Source of the DNA: an uncultured Candidatus Saccharibacteria bacterium
GTDB taxonomy: Bacteria; Patescibacteriota; Minisyncoccia; Phycocordibacterales; UBA2100
Length of the DNA: 64,000 bases
NCBI GenBank assembly: GCA_964471165.1
Contig: CAYYEX010000006.1
Coordinates: 19,779 to 83,778 of the forward strand
Direction: 5' to 3'
Shown: positions 36,855-45,953 of the stretch, in pieces
Position numbering within the stretch: position 1 is the first letter of the stretch
How the letters are laid out: each line of letters starts with the position of its first letter
Position numbers and translations under genes: made by a program
Notes under the pieces: model-generated
Databases searched by the model: none
What the model saw: only the letters and a program-made list of their open reading frames with translations
What the model was told of the DNA's origin: nothing

Positions 36855-37343
36855 TTAGAGCACTTGTGCAAAAACTATGCAGTAATTGTGTCCATATTTC
36901 TTTACACACTTCGGGCAGTAGGCGAAATGAAAATAGTACTTTAATGACTTCTGATTGCGAGTCGCCAAAAAAGTGTCCATTGCCGTAATCCATTTTGGTA
37001 CATGATTATACGGGCCATCGAAGATCTTGCTAACGAATGTCCCGGAAAGTCGAACGACTTTTCCATCGGGAATTTCTTTGGTAATCGTCATGTGAATTTC
37101 CGATCGCCAGGGTGAAGGGTCGTATGCAAGCATGAGAAAATCCTGGGTTTCTGGCATGGCATCTGCCGTCTCGATTTTCTTAAACATGCGATTGACGACC
37201 GATGACATATTCAATGGAACATGCATGATTTGAACCACGTCGTCTCGCAGGAACATCTTGTTCGTCCAGATGTGTGTCTTTTCATCCCACAATGAGGGAT
37301 CGAATGGCAGGCAGCACTGACTAGGGTCGCTGTTATGCTTCAT
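36855..37343 (-). CDS. hypothetical protein with a C-terminal CxxC zinc-ribbon-like motif
   Basis: It is a 162-aa ORF with protein-like composition (CPKCVKKYGHNY). Confidence 0.45.
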   Translation of the reverse strand: MKHNSDPSQCCLPFDPSLWDEKTHIWTNKMFLRDDVVQIMHVPLNMSSVVNRMFKKIETADAMPETQDFLMLAYDPSPWRSEIHMTITKEIPDGKVVRLSGTFVSKIFDGPYNHVPKWITAMDTFLATRNQKSLKYYFHFAYCPKCVKKYGHNYCIVFAQVL

Positions 37344-37577
37344 GTCCGCATCCTACACTATATGGATATTTATGAGATGAAGAACGTGTTGAGAAAGACC
37401 CTCGTAAACAATTAAGATTCTGATGGCTCCGTGGGAATACTCTTTTCACTTCCTGAACAAGAGCGCCGCGTCGCACCTCAGAAACACAAAAGACCTTTTT
37501 AGAGGCCTTTTGTATTTCATTCGGGGCTCGGTGCTTGCATCGATGTTGAAAATATTTGAAAAGGCAAACAGACAGCG

Positions 37578-39026
37578 TCAAAGTACTCTGCATGCTTTTA
37601 TAGAAGTGCGATTAGCAGCTGGCATCGCTTTGCACACATCAGCCACTATTTCTGGAGGGTACCGCGCCTCGGAATAAGAGATTACATTCTCTAGGCACGC
37701 CGCTCTCTCTTGTGCGTTGAACCATGAGCCTGTACAGAACGCAATTGCCTTAGGATATTCCTTTCCAGGAATTCCGTCGTTGAAAAATTTATTTACCGCT
37801 CCCCGGGTACATCGCACTCGAAATTCCTTTCCGAGTGCGGTGCACTTTTCGACAAAGGCGGCAGTATCTGCTACCGGAGCGGTTGCATCGATAAATATTA
37901 TCGCTGCGTGCTCAAAGACATTCAGCAGTATTGGGGCGGGGACATTTTTCTTTATAATCGATGCCGTGGTTTCAAGGTTAAAATTCGTAAATCGCGGTAG
38001 TTCGGCAACCAGTGTTTTAAAGCAAGAATCCTGATAAGCGGGCTTTTGCTTCGCACACAGCAAGAGCGAATTTTCATTAAACACAAATCCATACCGTTTG
38101 GTCGCCATGTACTCCGTCATTGCGTGGAACACTCCTGTCAGACAGCGGTCTCTATAGTCTGGGTTGCCCGCGATAGTATCGCAAAAAACGACGGCCGGTT
38201 CGACCAGACTCTGGAACGAGCCCCATTGGTTTGGCGGAGGCGGGTCGGCAATGAGACCGATGCCGATACCGTGGTAGCAGTTCACGCGATTTATTTGCAG
38301 CTGCTCATTCGTTTTGCCGCCAACAGATGCACAGAATTCTTTTGATTCATCAAGCCCTTGATCCGCCTGCATAGCAGTTGTGAAGCCGTGCCAGAACCCA
38401 AAACCGCACGATGATGATTCCTCTGCGATGTCATCAGGGAGCGTGTTTGCTAAATATGCAGTGTAGGCATTCTTCCCAAGGTCGTGTGCAAAGACGTGGC
38501 AGCTAGCTGGATACCGCGCCGCGATATCGTTGAAAATCAATAGAGCGTGTGAAAAGCTCTCTGTGCGTGTAATGTCTCGAAAGTAAATCTCCATGCATCC
38601 TGCCTGCTGTGCTGTTTCAGGTAGTGAGGTGCAGGCACGCTCATCACCGAGTTCTGATGTGTTGTTTTGGCCTGAAATCACGATGCCCCTCACGTCAGGT
38701 GCAAGGTGGTCATGAAAGGTAAATGTGCCTTCTTTAGTGAAGGTGAGTACCCAGGAATGCCACGGAGCGATACCAACTTGGGGATCAAAGTCGGTGTAAT
38801 TGGTGTGCGTGGGATGCGGGCCTGCCGCAGGCCACATCGCGTGAGTAGTTACGTTGATGAATATAAGCGAGTCGTCCGCCTGTATGCGTACCGTGCTTGG
38901 GAAAAAGCTATGAGAGAGGCGAAATATGATATGCACGCGCGACTCTTTTTGTAGGTAGAGCGCTCCAACTACTGTGAGGAGGCAGAGCAATGCTACAACC
39001 GCCACTACGCGAACACGCCTTTTCAT
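37578..39026 (-). CDS. secreted Cys/His-rich repeat protein (paralogue of 57912-59144)
   Basis: It has a signal/transmembrane helix (MKRRVRVVAVVALLCLLTVV) and repeated C-x-[HY]-[GV]-x-x-H units (SCHVFAHDLG, NCYHGIGIGL, RCLTGVFHAM). Confidence 0.55.
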   Translation of the reverse strand: MKRRVRVVAVVALLCLLTVVGALYLQKESRVHIIFRLSHSFFPSTVRIQADDSLIFINVTTHAMWPAAGPHPTHTNYTDFDPQVGIAPWHSWVLTFTKEGTFTFHDHLAPDVRGIVISGQNNTSELGDERACTSLPETAQQAGCMEIYFRDITRTESFSHALLIFNDIAARYPASCHVFAHDLGKNAYTAYLANTLPDDIAEESSSCGFGFWHGFTTAMQADQGLDESKEFCASVGGKTNEQLQINRVNCYHGIGIGLIADPPPPNQWGSFQSLVEPAVVFCDTIAGNPDYRDRCLTGVFHAMTEYMATKRYGFVFNENSLLLCAKQKPAYQDSCFKTLVAELPRFTNFNLETTASIIKKNVPAPILLNVFEHAAIIFIDATAPVADTAAFVEKCTALGKEFRVRCTRGAVNKFFNDGIPGKEYPKAIAFCTGSWFNAQERAACLENVISYSEARYPPEIVADVCKAMPAANRTSIKACRVL

Positions 39027-39055
39027 GTGCGATACATGGTACACCAATCACACAT

Positions 39056-39901
39056 TTATTTTCCCATCGTCTGGTCGAGATAATGAGCGTACTCGTAATC
39101 TTGCTCCGCTTTTTCAGAATCACCTCTTTTTTCGGCGATTTTGGCCAAACCTACGTAGACCTCCGCTCGAGGCGTTGGCTGCGTATTATTGTACTCATTG
39201 AACCAATATTCCGCCTGATCCAATTTGTCCTGGTATAGGAAAAGCCATCCGAGTGCAAAGCTTGATTCTGAGCGCGGGCTCAACGACAGTGATTTCAAGT
39301 ATGCGTCTTCTGCTTCAGTGTATTTTTTTTCAGAACTCAATACATCACCCAAGGCGTGATATCCAAAATAATCGTCTGCGTCGAGCGCAATTCCTTTTTT
39401 GGCCGCGTCTTCTGCTTTCCCAAGTTCACCGAGTTCTTTATAGACGCCCGCATACCCATACGTCCAGAGGGTAGGGAGCGTAGGGTCGAGAGCTTCCGCT
39501 TTTTTCAACATCGCGAGCGCGTCATCATGTCGCTTCATGTTGCGATACAGCTTTGCGATATCTACATACGTAAATGCTTGACTCGGATCGACCTCAAGAG
39601 CTTTCAGAAAAAGCTGTTCGGATTCATCGTATCTTCCACGGTGGCGCAAGAGGTCGGCGAGCTGAGTGAGTGCCCCAAAAAAGTTGGGGTCTGCCGCGAG
39701 CGCCCGTTTATATACGGCTTCAGACTCGTCGTATTTGCCTTCTTTGTGATAGAGCTTGTGCCCGAGCTCTGTAAAAAGGTGAGCGTTTTCAGGAGTGGTC
39801 GATGTTACGCAAAGCGTAGCCGAACAATACGAATACGTCCCGTATGCCCAGGCGAAAAAGAGGCATGCAATGAGCGTCACAAAGAAAATACGCTTTTTCA
39901 T
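39056..39901 (-). CDS. TPR-repeat protein, membrane-anchored
   Basis: It has an N-terminal transmembrane helix followed by about 6 TPR units (AEDAYLKSLSLSP...). Confidence 0.7.
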   Translation of the reverse strand: MKKRIFFVTLIACLFFAWAYGTYSYCSATLCVTSTTPENAHLFTELGHKLYHKEGKYDESEAVYKRALAADPNFFGALTQLADLLRHRGRYDESEQLFLKALEVDPSQAFTYVDIAKLYRNMKRHDDALAMLKKAEALDPTLPTLWTYGYAGVYKELGELGKAEDAAKKGIALDADDYFGYHALGDVLSSEKKYTEAEDAYLKSLSLSPRSESSFALGWLFLYQDKLDQAEYWFNEYNNTQPTPRAEVYVGLAKIAEKRGDSEKAEQDYEYAHYLDQTMGK

Positions 39902-40026
39902 GTGCGTTACATCGTACACCAGATACAATTTTCGCCCTTTTGATGAGGGGGGGGATGCTTTGCGGACCTCGTCAGCAAAGCGCCGCGTCACGCCGCGAAA
40001 GCAAAAGAGTCCCGGGAAGGGCTCTT

Positions 40027-41715
40027 TTACTTTGCTCTCGGCTCCGCGAGGTAGTCGCCAATCGAAAGAAAGGGAATTCTCATACGTACGTACGCATCAA
40101 CGGCCTCCTCAGGAGTCTCCACGATTGGCTGGCCGCTTTCGTTGAAGCTCGTGTTGATTACCGCGGGGATTCCATTGATACGTTCGCATGCCGCGATGAC
40201 TGTATAAAAAAACTCCTCTGCGTTCGACACCGACTGTATGCGACAGGTACCATCTTCGTGGACAGCGCCAGCGATCTTATCTTTCCATTCGCTTTGAACT
40301 TTGAAACAATAATTCATAAACGGGAACGATCGACTGTCGCTCGGGGTCTCGAATAGTTTGGAGGTGTGCTCTTCAAGTACGCTTATCGCGAACGGTCTGA
40401 AGTCCTCCCGTCTCTTAATAGTGTTGAGGCGCTCCTTCGCGTCCATGCGCGTAGCGTCGCAGAGTATGGAACGATTGCCGAGTGCGCGGGGACCGAACTC
40501 CGCGCGGCCTTGAAAGCAGGCGATCGGCGATCCGTCCGTCAAAATGCGCGCAATTTTTTCCGCATGAGCTTCCCGCGTTAACTTCTCGAAGCGCACGCCT
40601 CGCGCCTTGAGTGCAGTTTGTATTCGCGCTTCTTCGTAGTCGTTGCCGAGACAGAGCGTCGTGATTTTCGGAATGGTTGCTGTGTTTCGTTCGTGAAATA
40701 CCTGAAGAGCGGCACCGATCGCGGCACCGTTGTCACCTGAAGGTCCGAATATATGTGACCGAGCGAATTTCGTAGCATGGTGGATTCCGCCATTGGCCAG
40801 AGAGTTCAGCGCGACTCCGCCTCCGATGCAAACATCGACGCCTCCAGTGAGGGAATGCAGATGGTTGAGAATATTGAAATATATTTCGCCCGTGACTTTC
40901 TGAACGCTTGCTGCGATATCTTTGTGTCGGGCGGTGATTTCTTCGTGCGGCTTGCGGGGTGTCCCGAAAAGCTTTTTGAAATCTCCTCGCCAAGAAGCGG
41001 TTTCTCCGTCGAACACGAAAAATGTGCGATTAAGCGTGATGCTGCCGTCGTCGTGCACCGTGACGATGTTTCTGATGGCGTCGACGTATGTCGGCTCTCC
41101 ATACGCGGCGAGACCCATCATCCGATATTCGCCTTCATTGACCGGAAATCCCAAGAATCCGGTGAAGGTCGAATAGAAAAGTCCCACGGAATCAGGAAAA
41201 TTCATCGCCTTCAGCAGTTTCAATCCGGAGGCCTCGGCACTCCATAATCCTGTCGTCATGTATTCGCCAACGCCGTCCATCGTCAAGACCGCGGATTGTT
41301 CGAGTCCCGATGTGTAGAAAGCGGCTGCCGCATGCGAGAGGTGATGAGGCACATAGGCAATCGGATTCGTATATACGAGCGATTCTCGGATAATGTTCTC
41401 GACGCTCAGTTTCTTGCCCAGCCATCCGGGCATATGCTTTACGAAAGAGGTGAGCGAGGAGGGATACGTATCGACGTATTGTTCCAACACGCGCTCGAAT
41501 CGTAGAGTCGGACGTTCGTAGTAGGCGACAAGATCGATATCGGAGGCGTCGATGCCGCAGTACCGGAGACACGCTTGGATCGCTCGTCTGGGAAACGAAC
41601 CATCATGTTTTATTCGCGAAAAGCGCTCTTCTTCAAACGCGCAGATTACTTTACCGTCGATAACCACACTCGCGGCGCTGTCATGGAAGAACGCGGAGAT
41701 GCCGAGAATAGTCAT
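40027..41715 (-). CDS. carbamoyltransferase (NodU/CmcH family)
   Basis: The N-terminus ILGISAFFHDSAASVV and an overall length of about 560 aa are typical of O-carbamoyltransferases. Confidence 0.85.
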   Translation of the reverse strand: MTILGISAFFHDSAASVVIDGKVICAFEEERFSRIKHDGSFPRRAIQACLRYCGIDASDIDLVAYYERPTLRFERVLEQYVDTYPSSLTSFVKHMPGWLGKKLSVENIIRESLVYTNPIAYVPHHLSHAAAAFYTSGLEQSAVLTMDGVGEYMTTGLWSAEASGLKLLKAMNFPDSVGLFYSTFTGFLGFPVNEGEYRMMGLAAYGEPTYVDAIRNIVTVHDDGSITLNRTFFVFDGETASWRGDFKKLFGTPRKPHEEITARHKDIAASVQKVTGEIYFNILNHLHSLTGGVDVCIGGGVALNSLANGGIHHATKFARSHIFGPSGDNGAAIGAALQVFHERNTATIPKITTLCLGNDYEEARIQTALKARGVRFEKLTREAHAEKIARILTDGSPIACFQGRAEFGPRALGNRSILCDATRMDAKERLNTIKRREDFRPFAISVLEEHTSKLFETPSDSRSFPFMNYCFKVQSEWKDKIAGAVHEDGTCRIQSVSNAEEFFYTVIAACERINGIPAVINTSFNESGQPIVETPEEAVDAYVRMRIPFLSIGDYLAEPRAK

Positions 41716-41716
41716 A

Positions 41717-41920
41717 TCAATACGGCGCACTGCTCGAGCGGCATTCTTTTTCTCCGGAGAATTTTGCGAACGACGTATTCTGCGACGTATCGGATGTCAC
41801 GAGCGTCCAGGTCCTCTTCATCGCGGCGGCGAGACCGATCAGGATAGAGTAGGTAACTGCAAGGATAGCCGCAATGAACCACTCGTTCATCGACCGCGCG
41901 ATGTTTTTGAGCGCGTGCAT
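41717..41920 (-). CDS. small membrane protein (SxtJ-like partner of carbamoyltransferase)
   Basis: It is 67 aa with one transmembrane helix and is tightly coupled upstream of the carbamoyltransferase. Confidence 0.4.
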   Translation of the reverse strand: MHALKNIARSMNEWFIAAILAVTYSILIGLAAAMKRTWTLVTSDTSQNTSFAKFSGEKECRSSSAPY

Positions 41921-41925
41921 GATTC

Positions 41926-42084
41926 TTAGATGAGCGGGTAGAGGAATAGGGGCACTGGAGCGAGAGCGGCGCCGAATGTGATAAGTGCGACGAGGACCAA
42001 AAAAAGAAACAAAGGAAGGAGCCAGATTTTTGGCGAATTCAGTGCGAGGCGGAGAAGTTCACGGGCAGTGTAGAAAAATGACAT
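41926..42084 (-). CDS. DUF5989-like small membrane protein
   Basis: The pattern MSFFYTARELLRLALNSPKIWLLPLFLFLVLVALI matches the small proteins found beside carbamoyltransferases. Confidence 0.45.
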   Translation of the reverse strand: MSFFYTARELLRLALNSPKIWLLPLFLFLVLVALITFGAALAPVPLFLYPLI

Positions 42085-42144
42085 GACGGCGCTCAAGTGT
42101 ATAGCGGGTACATGCCTCAATCAAGCGCCCTCTATCGACAACTC

Positions 42145-43131
42145 TCATTTCAATGAGCACTCGGGGAGGTATCGGGTGCGAACGTATTCGAAAAGATCCT
42201 GAGCCAACTCCTCGTGTCCGAGTGCGTTCGGGTGCCCGTCGGGGAATGTGTTCGCCTCTCTGAATTGAACAGGACTTTCATGCCACTGGACGTTTTGCGC
42301 ATCTTCGTCGAATTTTTCTAGAATCTGCTTGAAATCCGGTTTCAGCCCGGCATCGCCGTTGGCTGTGAGTAGCAATATTTCTCGGTCTTCAAGATTTTGT
42401 ATTGACCGAAGTGTCCGCTCCTGCATCGCCTGATATTCTTCCGGTGTGCGTCTGTTGTGAGAATCCTTTATTGCCTTGGATATTGCGTCCGAGACCGAAC
42501 CGTTACCAATTCTATCAGAGTTGATTGGCGTACCCGGCGGAAACTTTGCTTCCACCACAGGGAAAATTTCTTCATTGATTTCGTCGTAATCCCCCTGCAG
42601 CATGAGCCATATGAGTAGCGCGGGATGGTACTTTTGTCCGCGTATCCTGAATCGTTCGACCGCATACGCCATGTCTAAGCCGGGAACTCCCAGATTAATC
42701 ACCTCGAAGCTGTCGTATGTCGGGCAGGCGAGCTTCGCATGCAATGCGACCTCAAGACGTTCTGAAAAATTATCTTCAGTCTTGACGAATTTCCCGAACG
42801 TCCATGAATCTCCGAGCGTCACAATGCGAAATGTGCGGGGCGCCGTCGTGGTGGCGTAATTGTGTGACTCGTTCAGTCCATCGCTATTCATGAGATATTC
42901 GGTCGTAACGGGATTCGCGAAAGGGGGAGCGGTGTGGAAAATCTGATTCGGATTCGCTTCGAAGTAATGGGGAACAGATGAAGAGGCGGGATGTAAAAGG
43001 TCAGACCGCCTGAGAGGGGTTATTGATATTCGAGGGCTGAGGTCCCGCACGGCGACTGCAGTGATTGCAATCAAAAGTACGGCTGACAACGCGAGCGCCG
43101 CGCGGGGAGAATGTCCGTGAAAGAGGCTCAT
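42145..43131 (-). CDS. SGNH/GDSL-like hydrolase, membrane-anchored
   Basis: It has the LGDSWTFG block I motif and an N-terminal transmembrane helix. Confidence 0.6.
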   Translation of the reverse strand: MSLFHGHSPRAALALSAVLLIAITAVAVRDLSPRISITPLRRSDLLHPASSSVPHYFEANPNQIFHTAPPFANPVTTEYLMNSDGLNESHNYATTTAPRTFRIVTLGDSWTFGKFVKTEDNFSERLEVALHAKLACPTYDSFEVINLGVPGLDMAYAVERFRIRGQKYHPALLIWLMLQGDYDEINEEIFPVVEAKFPPGTPINSDRIGNGSVSDAISKAIKDSHNRRTPEEYQAMQERTLRSIQNLEDREILLLTANGDAGLKPDFKQILEKFDEDAQNVQWHESPVQFREANTFPDGHPNALGHEELAQDLFEYVRTRYLPECSLK

Positions 43132-43416
43132 ACGATGCCAGTCGTTTTTTCTATGAGCTCGTCAGGTTTCGGGAAATCTTTCTGCATGAAGTGTGCGCAG
43201 TATAGTCCACATCCTAACTTAGTTGTTTCTTCGACGGCTCCAGATTGGGGAAAATTGGCTCAGATATCATGAAAGGTGTCGTTTCTCCTCTAGTTGATTA
43301 TCCATGTATTTCTTCACCAACCGAGGTTTTTGCCTCGGTTCGTCCAACGTTGCTCCGCTCGAGAATCCATTCACTGCGTGTTATGGATTCCCGCGTTCGC
43401 CTCGAAGAAAAAGAAA

Positions 43417-43445
43417 ACGCCCTTCGCAGGGCGTCCTCTTTTTAC
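43417..43445. terminator. bidirectional intrinsic terminator
   Basis: The hairpin acgcccttcgcagggcgt is flanked by an A-run upstream and a T-run downstream. Confidence 0.55.
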
Positions 43446-43450
43446 TTCTC

Positions 43451-43580
43451 GGCTCCGTCGGTAGGATTCGGTCACGAGTTGCTAAGTATTTTGGGCTGCT
43501 GCGCGCCAAAATACTAAGCACTCTCGACCCCGGCTCGCGCCGATGCTCGGCGCTCCGCCTTTCGAATCCTACCGACGGAG
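43451..43580. repeat. nested long palindrome containing a partial copy of the tRNA-Asn 3' region
   Basis: An 18-bp outer stem (ctccgtcggtaggattcg / cgaatcctaccgacggag) encloses a 15-bp inner stem (tgctaagtattttgg / ccaaaatactaagca). The left arm matches the tRNA-Asn 3' end at 19 of 21 positions. Confidence 0.6.
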
Positions 43581-43630
43581 TGAATCAGTAAGGCCCCAGT
43601 CCTCGCGGACCAGGGCCTAACTGCTTCATG

Positions 43631-43702
43631 CTCCGCGGGTAGGATTCGAACCTACGACCAATCGATTAACAGTCGACCGCTCTACCGCTGAGCTACCGCG
43701 GA
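43631..43702 (-). tRNA. tRNA-Asn (anticodon GTT), no encoded CCA
   Basis: I folded the cloverleaf by hand. The acceptor is UCCGCGG/CCGCGGA, positions 8-9 are U8 A9, the D-arm is GCUC-AGCGGUA-GAGC, the anticodon loop is CU-GUU-AA, the T-arm is GUAGG-UUCGAAU-CCUAC and the discriminator is G73. Confidence 0.9.
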
Positions 43703-43907
43703 ATGTGTTGCCGATTATAGCCACAATTTGCCCAATTTCAAAGGGGAAAGCAGGGATGTGACCGAAGTTTACGTCGCGGCCTTGATTGACAAAGAAGGGC
43801 CGCAACCTATTAATAGTGGAAGAAGGTACGTGGGCGGGCATTCATCGTTTCGACCGCAGGCAGTCTGATGTTCGGATTGTGTGCGGTCGGGGTGATGTGC
43901 GCATTGC

Positions 43908-44372
43908 TTGTCGACCGCACTGCAGCAAATGGGAGTGAACATGAAGAGTTTTGTGGCTGCCAACTTTTTTGCGAGGCGCTCGGAGTATCCCTGGCTCGTT
44001 CGTCAACCGGACCAGGACTGGGACCAGAAACAGGCCGTGCGTTCGGTTCTCGCGAGCCGCGTGACATTCGGCCCGTCCGGCCTGTTCGAACGCACGTTCG
44101 GCTGCACGATTATCGCTGAATGCGCAATTGCGCTCGGCAGCGACGTCGATGCGCCGGCACACGAGGGCGAAGTCCGTCTGCGCTTCCATCCGGGCTATGG
44201 CTTCTTCACGGCCCGCATGCAGATTGTCGAGTCCTGCGAGAATCTGCGGCTTGCAAGCGATGGCTCGGTGCATGCCGTGCTCGCGCATGTCGGCGCCGTC
44301 GACAATCGCTACGCCACCCCTGTTGCCGAGGACGCGGCCGGCGCTTATCAGTCCATGTTCTTCAACATGTAG
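43908..44372 (+). CDS. hypothetical protein encoded in a GC-rich cassette next to tRNA-Asn
   Basis: Its protein-like composition contrasts with the Arg-rich alternative frames. An intrinsic terminator at 44436-44462 follows, and GC is visibly higher than the flanks. Confidence 0.4.
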   Translation: MSTALQQMGVNMKSFVAANFFARRSEYPWLVRQPDQDWDQKQAVRSVLASRVTFGPSGLFERTFGCTIIAECAIALGSDVDAPAHEGEVRLRFHPGYGFFTARMQIVESCENLRLASDGSVHAVLAHVGAVDNRYATPVAEDAAGAYQSMFFNM

Positions 44373-44435
44373 CCGTCGGCGTTCTTCAAGACGCAGACGT
44401 GGGTTTGTTCACCAACCGTTTCTTTCATCGGCAAA

Positions 44436-44462
44436 CAACCGCCGTGGAGGAGCGGTTTTTTG
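44436..44462 (+). terminator. intrinsic terminator
   Basis: The hairpin aaccgc-cgtggaggag-cggtt is followed by ttttgttt. Confidence 0.5.
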
Positions 44463-44489
44463 TTTGCGCACTGCGGTTGTGTACGCTTA

Positions 44490-45938
44490 ATGCGTTACAA
44501 TGACGCCGTGTCGTTCTCCAGAAATCATCCACGATTGAAAATTGCGCTCATAAAAGCCGCGGCTACTTTTGTGGTTATTGCTGCTGTTGGTTTTGGAAGC
44601 TTTCAATACGGATACAAGCGTGGCGCGGGTGACATCATCGGAGCGCCATCGTGGGCAGGGCTCGTGAACACCACATCAAGTGGCGAGCCATCGCTTGTGC
44701 TCGACGACCCAGGAACAAAAACCGATTTCGGCGACTTTTGGAAAACATGGGCAATTCTCGATAAAAACTTTGCGCCCACCTCCACCTCATCCTCTGCAAC
44801 TAGCACGAGTGAAGCGCGAGTGGCGGGAGCCATTGCAGGACTCGTCGCATCTTACAATGACCCATACACCATATTTCTCCCCAAAGAGAATGCCAATGCA
44901 TTTAAAGAGCAGGTAAATGGAGAGTTCGAGGGAATCGGAGCGGCACTCGATATTACAACGGCCGACGGCGTGATTGTGATAGGCCTCTTGCCCGATAGTC
45001 CTGCACAAAAAGCTGGCATCAAACCGGGTGACCGTATTCTCGCGGTCGACGGCGACCCGACGCTTGGCAAAAAGCTGGAAGATGTTATTCCGCATATCCG
45101 CGGGGCTAAGGGCACGCCTGTGCGATTAACGATTGTGCCAGCAAAGACACAGAGTGAGAAAGTTATCGAAGTCGTGCGCGGAACCGTTGTTATCCCGACT
45201 ACTGCAACTCGCGTAGTTTCTGCCGCGAAGAATGTCGTTGCAGCGGCAGTTGCCAAGGCAACTGCCGCCGTCGCTGCTGCAGTACCGGGTTCCAGAGAAG
45301 CGGCACAGGCAAAAGAACAAGTTGAACAAGCGAAGAAACAAAAATTCTTTGTTCTCCAGCTCGCAACATTTACAAAAACATCGACCGACGCGTTTGTGAC
45401 GGACTTAGAACGATTTGCGAAGTCCGACACGAAAAATCTCATTATTGATTTACGAAATAATCCGGGAGGGTACTTGGAAGTGGCCAACGACCTCGCAAGC
45501 TATTTCCTGCCGAAAGATACACTGGTCGTTACCGAAAAGTCTGGCTCAAATGCGCAGACCATGGAGTATCGAAGTCGGGGATATGGTGCACTTGAGGCAA
45601 TGGGCACTTCGTCGCGGCGAATCATTGTGCTCTTGAATCGTAACAGTGCCTCGGCATCAGAAATATTGGCCGGTGCTCTGCAGGATTATGGCGTAGCGAA
45701 AGTAGTAGGGGAACAGTCATTCGGTAAGGGTTCGGTGCAAACAATTATTGATATCGGAAAAATTGGCACGCTGAAAATTACGGTAGCTCGCTGGTATACG
45801 CCGAAGGGGAGAAACATTTCCCACACCGGTATCGCACCAGATATTGTGGTCGATCTTAAAGATCCGAAATATGCGAGTTCTACCGACCCATACATCGACG
45901 CTGCAGTCGAAACACTGCTGGACGATAGTAAGTGGTAA
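44490..45938 (+). CDS. C-terminal processing peptidase (S41 family, PDZ-containing)
   Basis: It has a transmembrane anchor, a PDZ region (GIKPGDRILAVDG) and S41 catalytic blocks (LRNNPGG, SASASE). Confidence 0.8.
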   Translation: MRYNDAVSFSRNHPRLKIALIKAAATFVVIAAVGFGSFQYGYKRGAGDIIGAPSWAGLVNTTSSGEPSLVLDDPGTKTDFGDFWKTWAILDKNFAPTSTSSSATSTSEARVAGAIAGLVASYNDPYTIFLPKENANAFKEQVNGEFEGIGAALDITTADGVIVIGLLPDSPAQKAGIKPGDRILAVDGDPTLGKKLEDVIPHIRGAKGTPVRLTIVPAKTQSEKVIEVVRGTVVIPTTATRVVSAAKNVVAAAVAKATAAVAAAVPGSREAAQAKEQVEQAKKQKFFVLQLATFTKTSTDAFVTDLERFAKSDTKNLIIDLRNNPGGYLEVANDLASYFLPKDTLVVTEKSGSNAQTMEYRSRGYGALEAMGTSSRRIIVLLNRNSASASEILAGALQDYGVAKVVGEQSFGKGSVQTIIDIGKIGTLKITVARWYTPKGRNISHTGIAPDIVVDLKDPKYASSTDPYIDAAVETLLDDSKW

Positions 45939-45953
45939 GGTGTCATAAACACC

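Noticed and set aside
43245-43517. 90-aa plus-strand ORF in the structured region left of tRNA-Asn
   Set aside because: It runs straight through a bidirectional terminator and the nested palindromes. Its composition is poor and there is no ribosome-binding site, so it is almost certainly non-coding.
44128-44503. Arg-rich ORFs (44120-44503 and 44128-44490), plus 43842-44288 on the minus strand
   Set aside because: They are alternative-frame artefacts of the GC-rich insert (Arg/Ala/Pro dominated). The 43908-44372 frame is the only protein-like one, and a terminator follows it.
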